64,000 nucleotides of DNA from an uncultured Bacilli bacterium (GTDB taxonomy: Bacteria > Bacillota_I > Bacilli_A > RFN20 > CAG-449): contig CANQAG010000004.1 in NCBI GenBank assembly GCA_947588815.1, positions 26,193 through 90,192 of the forward strand, written 5' to 3'. Position numbers and translations under genes: made by a program. Shown piece by piece: positions 1-11,100 of this stretch. The notes below the pieces were generated by a model. The model was not told where the DNA came from, did not search any database, and saw only the letters and a list, made by a program, of their open reading frames with translations. The first letter of the stretch is position 1; the number at the start of each line of letters is the position of its first letter.

Positions 1-425
1 TTTTAAAACCATATTCGAAATATCTAAGAAGTAAGTATCGAAATCATATTATGGTTCCTATTCCGTCTGTAAAAGAAAGTGATGAAGCACGTGGATTCAA
101 TCACGTGAAAGCGATTTTTGAAATTTTGAATTTACCAATTTGTGATGCATTATATAAAGTGGGAAATATAAAACAAGCAAATCAGCCATTATATAAACGC
201 AAAAAAATAACAGAACATTTATTCGTCAAAAACGATGTAAATTTGACAAATCTAGACATTTTGATTGTCGATGATGTATTAACGACAGGAAATTCTGTTT
301 TTCGAGCTATTCAATTAGTGCAGAAAATGCACCCAAAATCGATAAAAATACTAGTTTTATCGATAAATTGTCGATTTTTGAAGAACTTTGACACACGAAA
401 ACTTTTGGATTTAAAAGTAAAGTAG
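1..425 (+). CDS. comFC: ComFC-like phosphoribosyltransferase-domain protein, C-terminal part (5' end lies upstream of window)
   Basis: ORF runs off the window start; PRTase signature ILIVDDVLTTGNS near C-terminus typical of ComF/ComFC family. Confidence 0.55.
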   Translation, partial: LKPYSKYLRSKYRNHIMVPIPSVKESDEARGFNHVKAIFEILNLPICDALYKVGNIKQANQPLYKRKKITEHLFVKNDVNLTNLDILIVDDVLTTGNSVFRAIQLVQKMHPKSIKILVLSINCRFLKNFDTRKLLDLKVK

Positions 426-470
426 TCAATAATCCAATTGTAGTAACAAGTAGGAAAGGTGGTAAAAAAG

Positions 471-674
471 ATGACAGGAAAAGTTAAATGGTTTAACGCC
501 GAAAAAGGGTTCGGATTCATCAACCGCGGGGAAGGAGAAGACATTTTTGTTCACTATTCTCAAATTTTGGAAGATGGATATCGTTCTCTTGAAGAAGGTC
601 AAGAAGTTAGATTTGATCTCGCGGAAACCGAACGTGGATTACAAGCGAAAAATGTTGTAAAAATTTCATTGTAA
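471..674 (+). CDS. cspA: cold-shock protein (CspA family)
   Basis: [17 protein letters not shown]... RNP motifs; ATG at 471 has AGGAAAGGTGG 8 nt upstream (the GTG at 459 in the ORF track is less likely). Confidence 0.9.
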   Translation: MTGKVKWFNAEKGFGFINRGEGEDIFVHYSQILEDGYRSLEEGQEVRFDLAETERGLQAKNVVKISL

Positions 675-683
675 GACTATTGA

Positions 684-706
684 GCCTCGTCGTAGACGGG
701 GCTTTT
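684..706. terminator. bidirectional rho-independent terminator shared by convergent csp and aminopeptidase genes
   Basis: gcctcgtc-gta-gacggggc hairpin (8 bp incl. one G-U) followed by TTTT; A-rich on the other side. Confidence 0.6.
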
Positions 707-1946
707 AAATTGCCCAAGTACCATTTTTAAAGATAGTTACTTCGCGATGATCTTCTGTTGTCGCGATAATTTCTAGATCACCAGTTCCGATCATAAAATC
801 AACGTGAACTAAAGAATCATTACCACCATGTGCCAATAATTCCTCTTTGCTCATGGAAGTTCCGCCTTCTAAATTCATCGAGTAGCATTGACCTAAAGCC
901 AAATGACATGAGGCATTTTCATCAAAAAGAGTATTGTAAAATAGAACCCCACTTTGATAAATCGGAGAATCGCAAGGTACTAGAGCGACTTCACCTAGTC
1001 GCGAAGAACCTTCATCGGTGTTAATTAAGGATTTTAAAACGTCGATATTTTTTTCGGCGTCACAGGAAACAACTTTTCCGTCTTTAAATATAAATGAAAA
1101 ATTCTCAATCAGCTTTCCTTCATAACTTAAGGGCTTAGTTGAAACAACTTTACCATTGATGGAATTTCTTTCGGGCATCGTAAAAACTTCTTCAGTGGGC
1201 ATGTTAGGATTAAAAAGGATATCAGTATTTTCGCGATATTCAGCACCCCCTGCCCAAATATGACCTTTAGGAAGTTTGATTACAAAGTCAGTACCATTTA
1301 AAGAGCGATAATGAAGTGAAACTATCTTTAAAGCGTTAAGTATCTCACATTTATCGTGAAGGCGTTTATCGTGGACATTCCACGCTTCGATACAATCGTT
1401 ATTTTCATCGATTCTGACACATTTTAAAATTTCTTCCCAAAGAGCTTGCTTCGCGGCACGTTTAGAAAGATTCGGGAAAACTTTTTTAGCCCAAGCAACA
1501 TTTGGAACGGCTGCCACACACCATTGCAATTGACTTGCCATATAAGGATCGCTGTATTTTGATAAAGCTTTTGATGAAGCGATAGATGCGGCTTGAATTT
1601 TCTTTTGATTTAACCCTTTTAATAAATCCGGATCATTTGAACTTAAAGAGATTCTTGCAAATTGATGTTCGAGATAATATTTTTCTGATTCGATTGTCGG
1701 TTGCGGGATGGTTTTTAGTGTTTTTATGCTTTTATAGCGATAATTGGCTCTAGTGATTTTATCTGACGACCAATTGATAACAACATCTGCTGCTCCGTGT
1801 TTATAAAGTGAAGAAACAAGGATTTCGACAAATTTATATTCTTCAATTGGAGCTTTGATTCGTACCGGTTGTCCTTTTTGAACATTAACTCCTTTTACCG
1901 CGATTAAATCAGCATATTTTTTTAAAAGTTTATTTGTAATTTTCAT
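705..1946 (-). CDS. aminopeptidase, M29 (AmpS/PepS) family
   Basis: 413 aa; global similarity to thermophilic metalloaminopeptidase family incl. C-terminal HVDFMIGTGDLEI... block. Confidence 0.8.
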   Translation of the reverse strand: MKITNKLLKKYADLIAVKGVNVQKGQPVRIKAPIEEYKFVEILVSSLYKHGAADVVINWSSDKITRANYRYKSIKTLKTIPQPTIESEKYYLEHQFARISLSSNDPDLLKGLNQKKIQAASIASSKALSKYSDPYMASQLQWCVAAVPNVAWAKKVFPNLSKRAAKQALWEEILKCVRIDENNDCIEAWNVHDKRLHDKCEILNALKIVSLHYRSLNGTDFVIKLPKGHIWAGGAEYRENTDILFNPNMPTEEVFTMPERNSINGKVVSTKPLSYEGKLIENFSFIFKDGKVVSCDAEKNIDVLKSLINTDEGSSRLGEVALVPCDSPIYQSGVLFYNTLFDENASCHLALGQCYSMNLEGGTSMSKEELLAHGGNDSLVHVDFMIGTGDLEIIATTEDHREVTIFKNGTWAI

Positions 1947-2114
1947 ATCTAGTACCTCTTATTGCTAGTATAAACAAAATAGAAACTCTTTTCAAAACAA
2001 AGAAAAGAATAACTTCGACAGACCTAAGAAATTGTAACTAAAGATTTAAAAATTGAATTTATGATGATATGATAGACATAGAAACTATTTACTAATGTCG
2101 ATAGGAGGAAAGCG

Positions 2115-3224
2115 ATGGAACCAAATGCTGAAAAAAATATAAAAAAAGCGCCATATAAAAATTGGGCTTTAGCGGTTTTTGTTGCATTACTAGTCGTTCT
2201 TTTTGTATTGGGAAGAGAATTATTTTCACGTTTCACAGCGGAAAATATTTATGTCTTTATTATTGTTACAGTTTTAGTCGGTTATGGGTTTAATGCGATT
2301 ATTTATGAATTGGGTCGTTTGATTATGGGAAAGATTTGCGGCTATCGCTTAGTGTCTTTGAATCTGTTTGGTATAACTATAAGAAGAAAAGATGGCAAAT
2401 TAAAACTAGGTCTAGAAGCTTTCGAAAATTTGGGTGGAAAGACCGTGATGGCGCCTAAAAGTGATAAAGCTAAACCGATTCCATATCTTTTAGGTGGAGG
2501 AATATTATATCTTATTATTTCCTCGATTCTTTTCACAATAGCTATGGTTTACAAAAATTTGGAAGATTTCAGTTGGGGAATTGTCGTTGTTATTGCTATT
2601 GGAATGGTTTTGAATGTGTATTATCTTCTTCCTTTAAGAATGGATGTTTATACCGATGGTTTTTTAATTAGAATACTTTTGTCACAAAAAGGCGCTAAAA
2701 AAGCCTTTCATGAAAATCTTCTTCAAGAAGAAGCCTTATATGAAGATATCGAAAAATTGCAATTATATGAATACGATGATTATTACAATACTTTCGAAGC
2801 ACAAAGTTTAATTTATCGATTATATTATTTTGTTCATCGCGAACAATATGATCATGCAAAAGAGGTTGCAGATCAAATTATCGAAGTCGAATCTTATCTT
2901 CTTGACGATTCGATAATCGAAGCGTACGCTATTAAACTTTTCTTTCTTTTTCTCTCTAAAAGCGGAGAGGAAGTCGGAACATATTATTGGGATTTAAAAA
3001 AATCGATTAGAAACTCCTTGGCTTCTTCTAATAACCTCACTACGTTAAAATCAGCTTTAGGAATTGCCGGATTAGTTGATAGTAACTACGATGAATATGA
3101 ATATATTTTACATCGTTATGATAAGTTACAAAAAAAATATCCGCTTCAAACCCGTAAAGACGATGAAGTCAAAATGATCGATACTTTGATTGCAAAAATA
3201 AAAAAGGTTAACCCAAATTGGTAA
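2115..3224 (+). CDS. hypothetical polytopic membrane protein (N-terminal TM bundle, soluble C-terminal alpha-helical domain)
   Basis: 369 aa; several hydrophobic helices in first 200 aa; YELGRL where M50 site-2 proteases have HExxH, so not called a protease. Confidence 0.45.
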   Translation: MEPNAEKNIKKAPYKNWALAVFVALLVVLFVLGRELFSRFTAENIYVFIIVTVLVGYGFNAIIYELGRLIMGKICGYRLVSLNLFGITIRRKDGKLKLGLEAFENLGGKTVMAPKSDKAKPIPYLLGGGILYLIISSILFTIAMVYKNLEDFSWGIVVVIAIGMVLNVYYLLPLRMDVYTDGFLIRILLSQKGAKKAFHENLLQEEALYEDIEKLQLYEYDDYYNTFEAQSLIYRLYYFVHREQYDHAKEVADQIIEVESYLLDDSIIEAYAIKLFFLFLSKSGEEVGTYYWDLKKSIRNSLASSNNLTTLKSALGIAGLVDSNYDEYEYILHRYDKLQKKYPLQTRKDDEVKMIDTLIAKIKKVNPNW

Positions 3225-3323
3225 AGTTATTTTTATCTTAGTTTAAGCATATTTTCTAAATAGATTAGGAGCGACATTTTCTCATAATCTATTTTTTATT
3301 ATTGCCGATTTACGGAGGTAAAA

Positions 3324-5963
3324 ATGTACGAAACTAAGACCAGTGAGGAAGTTTTAAAAGAACTTAATTCGTCTTTACAAGGATTAGACGAAGCGGAGGC
3401 ACAACAGCGACTACAAAAATATGGATATAATCAATTAAAAGACAAAAAGCAAAAAAAATTTATTACCCTATTTTTTGAACAATTTCTTGATCCGATGATT
3501 TTTATTTTATTGCTTGCGGCTGCGATAAGCATCGTTTTAAATGAAGTTTACGATGCGATTATCATCATGGTAGTTGTGATAACAAATGCTCTAATAGGTT
3601 CACTACAAGAATTTAAGGCCGAAAAAGATTTGGAAGCTTTAAAAAAATTATCATCTTCAATATCGGTGGTACGTCGCGAAGATAAGCTTTTAGAGATCGA
3701 TTCCAAATTATTGGTTCCCGGGGATATCGTGATACTTGAAGAAGGAAAAATTTCTAGCGCCGATATGCGCTTAATTAAAAGCGTTTCATTATTAGTTGAC
3801 GAATCAAATTTAACCGGTGAATCCCATGCGATAGAAAAAGACGCGGGATTAATTTACGAATCACCGCAAGCGATAAGTGAATGCGGCAATATGATTTTTG
3901 CTGCGACCCCGATTGTCAAAGGACGAGCAGAAGCGATCGTTTGTAAGACGGGGATGAATACTGAAATTGGTAAAATAGCGACTTTAATAAGTGATGACCA
4001 AGAAGAAACGCCTTTACAAAAAAAATTAGCATCTCTTGGAAAATTACTCGGACTTTTTATCGTTATTATTTGTTCGGCGCTATTTTTGGTGGCTCTTTTA
4101 AAAAATAATGATCCGGGTGAAATGCTATTGACTTCGATTTCGCTTGCTGTTGCGGCGATTCCAGAAGGCCTACCGGCTGTTGTTACCATCGTGCTTGCAA
4201 TCGGTGTGCAACGAATGGTAAAGGTGAATACGATTGTAAGAAAATTACCTTCAGTTGAAACGTTAGGCTCAGTTTCCATTGTTTGTTCTGATAAAACCGG
4301 AACCATTACTTTAAATCAAATGACAGTCAAAAATGGTTATTTTTCTTTTCGCGATCAAGAAGCAAAAAATATAGAAGAAATATTAATCGAAGGTTTGACT
4401 TTGTGCAGTAATGCAACACTTGAAACCGGAGATCCTACGGAAAAAGCTCTTGTGGTACTTGCTAAAAGCCATGAAATTGATGCGGAACATTTACGAAAAA
4501 TGCATCCACGCATATTTGAAATACCATTCTCCAGTGAAAGAAAAATGATGAGTGTCGGAGTGCTCTATAAAGGTCAAAAAATGACATTTATCAAAGGAGC
4601 CTTTGATGTCTTGTTAAATAGATGTGCCTTTATATATAAAGACAATCAAGTTATTAAAATGACTGATGCATTGAAAAACAAGTTACAGAAAAAGAATGAT
4701 GAATATTCTTCGAATGCTATGCGAGTATTAGCGTTAGCAATGGATTTCAAAGAAAATAAAGAAGAACAAAACTTGATTTTTGTCGGTTTAGTAGCCATGA
4801 TTGATCCACCACGCGAAAGCGTCAAAGAAGCGGTAGCACAATTTAAAAGGTCAGGGATAAAAACAGTAATGATAACAGGAGATCATATTGAAACAGCTTA
4901 TGCGATAGCAAAAGAAGTTGGTATTTGTAAATCGCGAAACGAATGTGCCTTGGGTCATGAATTGGAGAACAAGACAAAAGAGGAATTAAACCAAATTTTA
5001 AATCGTTGCAGTGTTTTTGCAAGAGTTTCTCCGACAAATAAAGTGCAGATAGTTAAGGGTTATAAAAACATGAACAATGTCGTGGCGATGACCGGAGACG
5101 GAGTCAATGATGCGCCAAGTTTAAAAGCTGCTGACATCGGTATTTCGATGGGAATCAATGGTAGTGATGTGGCAAAAAATTCCTCAGATATGATATTGCT
5201 TGATGATAATTTTGCTTCAATTGAAAAAGCCTGTGAAGAAGGGCGAAATATTTATCGTAATATAAAAAATTCGGTAATGTTTTTATTGTCCAGCAATTTT
5301 GGAGAAGTGCTGGTGATGTTTATTGCAATTGTAATCGGATTACCAAGTCCCCTTGTTGCTATTCACATTTTATGGGTTAATCTTATTTCAGATGCTTTAC
5401 CGGCCTTGGCTTTAGGCGCAGATCAAAAAGACGACGACATTATGGATGATAAACCAAGAAAGTTTGGAGAATCTCTATTTGCTAATGGTGGCATTAAATT
5501 AAATATAATTTATTCGTTGGCGATTTTTGCGTTAAGTATGATTGCCTTTTTGATAGTCCCTTTAACCGTAATAGGGACTGAAAAAAATTTATGGGAACTT
5601 TTGTTCAATGGTTCTTTGCTTAGTGAAATAAACATTGCATTAAATCAAGAACCGATATTACTAAAATCGCGAACTTACGCTTTTACGGCTTTAGGAATGT
5701 CACAACTTTTCCATATGGTTGGAATGTCTAATGTCAAAAAGACTTTCTTTGCTGTCTTTAAAAAGAAAAATTTCTTAATGCTTTTGGCTTTTTTAGTCGG
5801 TTTACTTTTACAGATTGTCGTCACTGAAATTCCTTTTCTTATCAATTTTTTTAAAACTACTAGTTTAGATATTTATGAATGGGTGTGGCTTATTCTGTTA
5901 TCATCATTTCCTTTAGTTGTTCATGAAGTATTGGTTCCGGGATTTAAAAAAAGCAATTTTTAA
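3324..5963 (+). CDS. cation-transporting P-type ATPase, Ca2+-type (PMCA/SERCA-like, YloB-like)
   Basis: 879 aa; DKTGTIT phosphorylation motif, TGDGVNDAPSLKAADIG hinge motif, 10 predicted TM layout. Confidence 0.9.
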   Translation: MYETKTSEEVLKELNSSLQGLDEAEAQQRLQKYGYNQLKDKKQKKFITLFFEQFLDPMIFILLLAAAISIVLNEVYDAIIIMVVVITNALIGSLQEFKAEKDLEALKKLSSSISVVRREDKLLEIDSKLLVPGDIVILEEGKISSADMRLIKSVSLLVDESNLTGESHAIEKDAGLIYESPQAISECGNMIFAATPIVKGRAEAIVCKTGMNTEIGKIATLISDDQEETPLQKKLASLGKLLGLFIVIICSALFLVALLKNNDPGEMLLTSISLAVAAIPEGLPAVVTIVLAIGVQRMVKVNTIVRKLPSVETLGSVSIVCSDKTGTITLNQMTVKNGYFSFRDQEAKNIEEILIEGLTLCSNATLETGDPTEKALVVLAKSHEIDAEHLRKMHPRIFEIPFSSERKMMSVGVLYKGQKMTFIKGAFDVLLNRCAFIYKDNQVIKMTDALKNKLQKKNDEYSSNAMRVLALAMDFKENKEEQNLIFVGLVAMIDPPRESVKEAVAQFKRSGIKTVMITGDHIETAYAIAKEVGICKSRNECALGHELENKTKEELNQILNRCSVFARVSPTNKVQIVKGYKNMNNVVAMTGDGVNDAPSLKAADIGISMGINGSDVAKNSSDMILLDDNFASIEKACEEGRNIYRNIKNSVMFLLSSNFGEVLVMFIAIVIGLPSPLVAIHILWVNLISDALPALALGADQKDDDIMDDKPRKFGESLFANGGIKLNIIYSLAIFALSMIAFLIVPLTVIGTEKNLWELLFNGSLLSEINIALNQEPILLKSRTYAFTALGMSQLFHMVGMSNVKKTFFAVFKKKNFLMLLAFLVGLLLQIVVTEIPFLINFFKTTSLDIYEWVWLILLSSFPLVVHEVLVPGFKKSNF

Positions 5964-6200
5964 TTATTTCTTAGGATTTAATTGATTTTGAATAACGACG
6001 TTTTGTGAGTTAAGCGAAAGTAATACTTGGCCGAGTAATTCAAAAAAATTCCCTAAAGATCCTTGTTCATCGATATCTATTTCTTGCCCGATTACAAATC
6101 CAAGTGAAAAAGCTAGAATCGTTAATTCGTTTGCGGAAAGACCAAATAAAAAAGAACTGAAACTTTTTAATGAATGGTCATTTAAGTTATTTTGATTCAT
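5964..6200 (-). CDS. small hypothetical protein (78 aa from ATG 6200; ORF-track extension to 6263 lacks RBS)
   Basis: AAAGGAGTG 8 nt upstream of ATG at 6200 (minus strand); no recognisable domain. Confidence 0.4.
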   Translation of the reverse strand: MNQNNLNDHSLKSFSSFLFGLSANELTILAFSLGFVIGQEIDIDEQGSLGNFFELLGQVLLSLNSQNVVIQNQLNPKK

Positions 6201-6282
6201 CGTAGCGGACACTCCTTTATTTATGAGAGAAAAGTCGATAATTTTTATAAAAACATCGTACAAATTACGTAAATATGAGGTA

Positions 6283-6312
6283 TTGATTATTTTTATAAAA
6301 GCATGTTATAAT
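6283..6312 (+). promoter_or_regulatory. putative sigma-A promoter for degV pair (-35 TTGATT, 18-nt spacer, extended TGnTATAAT)
   Basis: ttgatt 6283-6288; tgt-tataat ending 6312; 23 nt upstream of degV ATG region. Confidence 0.35.
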
Positions 6313-6335
6313 TTGCATAAATATGAGGTATTATT

Positions 6336-7202
6336 ATGGGCAAGATAGCTATCGTTACCGACAGTAATAGCGGAATCACAATTGATGAAGGACGACAACA
6401 CGGCATCACGATTATTCCTATGCCTTTTATGATCGATGGCGAAGAATACTTTGAAGAACTGTCGATCTCACAAGACGAATTCTACAGACGACTCCAAAAT
6501 GACGCTAATATTATTACTTCACAACCGGCGATCGGTAAAATTTTAGAATGCTGGGATGATTTGTTGCGCGAATATGATCAAATCGTTCATATTCCGATGT
6601 CTAGTGGCTTATCGGCTTCTTGCGAAACAGCTTTGCAATTGGCTAAAGAATATCCCAATAAAGTTTATGTTGTTGATAATCAAAGAATATCCGTTACTAT
6701 GAAACAATCGGTTTATGAAGCTCGAAGTATGGCGGATAAAGGTTACGATGCTAGAGAAATACACGACGCTTTAATGCGTGAAAAATTGGACGCTAGCATT
6801 TACATTACGGTTAATACCATGAAATATTTGAAAAAAGGCGGAAGAGTAACTGCCGCCGGGGCAGCATTAGGCTCTTTATTGAAAATTAAACCTTGTTTAG
6901 AAATTCAAGGAGGCAAACTTGATGCTTTTGCAAAACCGGTTGGAATGAAACAAGCCAAAAGAATCATGATTCAAGCGATGAAAAATGATTTTGAAACTAG
7001 ATTTAAGCCAGATGAAACTCATCAATATAAGCTTCATATTGCTTACACCTATGATTTAGCTCAAGCAGAGTTATTTAAAAAAGAAGTTGAACTAGCATTT
7101 CCGGGTTATGACGTCGATATTGATCCATTATCCTTGAGCGTGGCTTGCCATATCGGTCCGGGTGCCCTTGCTTTGGCTTGTGCCAAAGTATTAAACTTTT
7201 AA
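6336..7202 (+). CDS. DegV-family fatty-acid-binding protein
   Basis: 288 aa; MGKIAIVTDSNSGI N-terminus and overall DegV/EDD fold similarity. Confidence 0.9.
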   Translation: MGKIAIVTDSNSGITIDEGRQHGITIIPMPFMIDGEEYFEELSISQDEFYRRLQNDANIITSQPAIGKILECWDDLLREYDQIVHIPMSSGLSASCETALQLAKEYPNKVYVVDNQRISVTMKQSVYEARSMADKGYDAREIHDALMREKLDASIYITVNTMKYLKKGGRVTAAGAALGSLLKIKPCLEIQGGKLDAFAKPVGMKQAKRIMIQAMKNDFETRFKPDETHQYKLHIAYTYDLAQAELFKKEVELAFPGYDVDIDPLSLSVACHIGPGALALACAKVLNF

Positions 7203-7214
7203 AAGAGGTATAAC

Positions 7215-8069
7215 ATGGAAAAAATTAAAATTATTGCTGATTCTACTTGTGATTTAACGGAAGAATATTTAAAAGACAATGACATCTCGATTATTCCGCT
7301 TCATGTGATATTCGGCGAAGAAAGTTATGATGACGGCATTAATCTTGATGTTAAAGGTCTATACGATAAAGTAGATGAAACCAAGACTTTACCGAAAACG
7401 GCCGCTTGTTCCATCGGTGAATTTAAAGATTGCTTTGAAAAGTATCTTCAAGAGGGATATGACAAAATTTTGTTCATCGGAATTTCAAGTAAATTTTCTT
7501 CCACGGTGCAAAATGCAAAAATTGCCGCGGAAGACTATGATGGTAAGATATTCGTGCACGATTCATATAATCTCTCTAGCGGTATCGGCCTTCAAGTGTT
7601 GAAAGCCGTCAAAATGAAAAATGAAGGTTTGAGCGCCACGGAAATTTTAGCTAATCTTCAAAAAATTGCACCTAATGTACGTTCGCAATTTGAAATTGAA
7701 ACATTGGACTATCTTTATAAAGGAGGACGTTGTTCTTCTTTAACGTATTTTTTTGGTCGCGGATTAAAGATAAAGCCGATTATTAGAGTGATTGATGGCG
7801 GAATGAAGGTTTTTAAAAAACCTCGAGGAAAAACGATCAATGCTTTGAATACGTTATTGGATATTTTTAAATCCGACATTACAAATTTCCAATTAGATTT
7901 AGATTGTGTGATGATTACTCATTCAATGGCGGATGAAAGTGCTAAATATCTATATGAAGAACTTTCAAAAATTATCGATCCTAAAATAATTATGATTACT
8001 AAGGCCGGATGCGTAATATCGTCTCATTGTGGAAGAGGGACTATCGGAATTCTGTATATTTTAAAATAA
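7215..8069 (+). CDS. DegV-family fatty-acid-binding protein (second, tandem paralog)
   Basis: 284 aa; MEKIKIIADSTCDL; same family as upstream gene, 12-nt spacer. Confidence 0.9.
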   Translation: MEKIKIIADSTCDLTEEYLKDNDISIIPLHVIFGEESYDDGINLDVKGLYDKVDETKTLPKTAACSIGEFKDCFEKYLQEGYDKILFIGISSKFSSTVQNAKIAAEDYDGKIFVHDSYNLSSGIGLQVLKAVKMKNEGLSATEILANLQKIAPNVRSQFEIETLDYLYKGGRCSSLTYFFGRGLKIKPIIRVIDGGMKVFKKPRGKTINALNTLLDIFKSDITNFQLDLDCVMITHSMADESAKYLYEELSKIIDPKIIMITKAGCVISSHCGRGTIGILYILK

Positions 8070-8084
8070 TTGAATCAAAATTAA

Positions 8085-8112
8085 AAAGCGATGCTTGATA
8101 CATCGCTTTTTT
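8085..8112. terminator. rho-independent terminator (bidirectional; convergent with 8132 minus-strand gene)
   Basis: aaagcgatg-cttgata-catcgcttt hairpin then TTTT. Confidence 0.6.
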
Positions 8113-8131
8113 AATGGCTGATTTTACTTAA

Positions 8132-11100
8132 TTAAGCTTTAAGAAGCATATTATCGCGTTTTAAAATTATTTGTTTTTCTGCCAATTCATCAATAATGCC
8201 GTTAAGTCGAGTTATAGAAGACATCCTAGCTTTCTGGTAACCAAGAGAAAGCAACATCATTTTAACGACCACATCAGCTTCGATTTCTTTTAAATTATTG
8301 ACGATTTTGATAATTCCGGTTTTTAATTCGATATCGGTAATGCTATCGATATCACGGAATTCTTTGGTGTTCCTTGCTACAATTCTAAATTCAATATTGT
8401 GATCGATTAAATATATAAAATCATCTTTAATCGCAATTTTTTGTTCTTTTACCATCTCTTCAAGCAAATCATTGATTTTATCTTGATTTTCGAAAAGATT
8501 TAAAAGTTCGTCTTTTTTAAGTGGTGCAGAAAGTTCAATGATTTTTTCAACGAGGTTTTCTAATGTCTTATGAGCTTTATCGTCAATCATATAGAAAACT
8601 TCGCGAGGAGAAAGATAATGCTTAAATAACACTTCCATCGCAAGTTTACTCGTGGTTTTTTTAGATGGAACGTCACCTAGCTCATCGGAGTTGATGACAA
8701 TAAAGTGTTTTAATGCCATATATTCCTCTTCATTCATATAGAAGGAAAGAGGAATTACACGATAAGGAACGTAACCTAAATCTCTGATTTCGTTATCGGT
8801 TTTTTCAATTGATTGCAAGGCGGCCTCTAAGGAGTTAGATGATAATTTATCGATAATGATACCGGTCGCCATTTTCGATTTAGCCGGGCGTACTAAAATA
8901 TCGATATAACCGCTTTTGGTTTTTGCGTCTTTTACAATTTCAAAGCCATCTTGCTCTAATCGATTGTAAAGATAAGATTTAAATTCACTTGAACGACGCT
9001 CGTTGTTCAACCCTTTAGCGTCATATGAAGTAGAAATATATTCTACTTTTTCATAACATTTCGAAGTGGCAAACAAGAAAGAGTTTTTATCAAGTAAAGG
9101 TTTTCGCGCGTCTTCAAAGTTTCCTTTTAAATAATCGTCGTCAAACACAACGAATTGGTCGCCAAGAGCAAGAATGCCAATAGCATCTTTCATTAAAGTC
9201 TCTTTACTTGGTAAAACAAAGACGCAATCGAAATGATAAATCTCATTTGTTAACAAGGAAGGAACTTCTTCAATCGGACACAAAAGTAATGATTTAAGGT
9301 TATAGATGCTTTCTCTTGCTTCATATGCGATTGTTTTTAATGGTACGCTTGAAGGATTTTCATAAGCGGAAGTTATAAATGGCAACTCATAATTTTTGAG
9401 GTTTAAACCATTGTTGTGCAAATATTTTTGAATATTGTTTACAAAGAGATTTTGCATTGCCTCAATCCGTTTGCAACTAAGTTCTTCGTTTTGCTTCATC
9501 TCTTCTAAGAAATTTGCAAACGAGAAGTCAGTTAGCATTGAATTTTGGCTAATCGTGTAGTCGATTAATTGACGATAAAAAGCTTTTAAAAATATTTGTT
9601 CACTTTCTTTGACCAAATCCAATTCGAATAATTCATCGCCTAATTTATCGATAAGTTTGTTGAGCTTAATTCTGGCTAAATAGAAATCAAGATATTCATT
9701 GATAGAGGCAAAATGCAAAGAAGCATCGACCATTTTGTTATAGAATTCTTTTAAGTCCATTTCACCGAAGTTACAAAGCTTTTTGTCGAAATAACTTTGC
9801 AAAATTTCGACACTATCTAAAGTAGTATTAAACTCACGTTGCAAGAAATATCTAAAATCTAACAAAGCCTTCATAAGGACAGTATCATCAAATTTTGTGA
9901 CATCAAACTTTGAAATATCGACATTGTGCTTAGTAAGGTATTTGACATTACGGCGGTATTCTTTGACTTGAGTCAATAATTGATCGATTTTAGTAATATC
10001 AAAATTGCGATCTGAATAATATGCTTTAAATGATAATGGCAAGTTTTGAATCTTATCTTCAATTTGTCTTTCTCTAGTGCGATAAAGATCTAAAGAAATC
10101 ATCATATCGACCATTTTGTTTTCGGCTAAACGAGAAGATTTTTTGAATTTGGTATTCACTAATGTGACATCTTTAGGAGTGTATGATGATGTGACAAACA
10201 ATTGAATCATCTCATTTGGAATTTTAAAAACATCGGAAGTGTATGTATCTTCTAATTCACGAGCAAGATTAGCGTTTTCATCAATCGCTTTTTGAATCTC
10301 TAACACTAAATTATACGATTGTTGAAGATTTTCGTCTTTAAACCAACTTAAAGGTGGAAGATTTTCATTGTCGCTTAAAATAGCAACCATATTAAATTCG
10401 GCTTTTAATTGTTTCAATGTTTTTGGCATTGGGAATCCAAAGCGGTGATGTAAATTGTTGATATGAGATTTTAAAATCTTCAATTGTTCGGAAAGAAAAA
10501 TAATGTTTTCTTGCAAAGGTTTATAATCCTCTTTGACCATTCTTTTTCTTGAAAAGCCATAGAATGGGTGATCTTTAATTGAATTCTTAATGCTTTGAGC
10601 TGAATTTTTAAAATCACCGATGGCATTTATATATTCATCGATTTTTTGATTGTCAATATGAGCGATATTGGGAATTGTTATTGAAAGATCGGGGTATTTA
10701 TTAAAACGATAATATTGCTCTAGCATTTTATTTAATGACAAATTCATCGGAGGATTGCTAACTCGAAGGCTATTAATTATCTGTTTATATTTGTTTTTAA
10801 GATCGTAATATTCTTTGATTGATTCTCCGAGATCTTCAGTAGATAAGCCTTGGCGACTACGATAACTATCGTAATCGGCGAGTGTTTTTAAAAGAACTTT
10901 CTTATCTGTGGAAACTGAGTTGAAATCTAAATAATAAGGAGCCATCGATGAATTTTCAATCGTTTCCTTCAAACGTTGATATTGCGCTTGATTTTCATAA
11001 ACGACAAGAGTTTTGCTTCCGTTTAAAAGGAAAGCTTCTAAAGAGTTCTTCAATAAGTGAAGTTCGTTAATTTTAGACGAAGTTCGGATATACAAATTGT

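Noticed and set aside
459-470. GTG start for the cold-shock gene (ORF track)
   Set aside because: The GTG lies inside the Shine-Dalgarno sequence. The ATG at 471 gives the canonical [10 protein letters not shown]-terminus.
3854-4306. 150-aa antisense ORF inside the P-type ATPase gene. Similar antisense/alternate-frame ORFs lie at 830-1024, 7375-7602, 12147-12329, 13744-14046, 23059-23475, 26802-27374, 31458-32024, 39497-39808, 45962-46213, 51038-51355 and 58107-58579.
   Set aside because: All lie wholly within longer, homology-supported genes on the other strand or frame. They lack RBSs and have atypical composition. They were treated as spurious.
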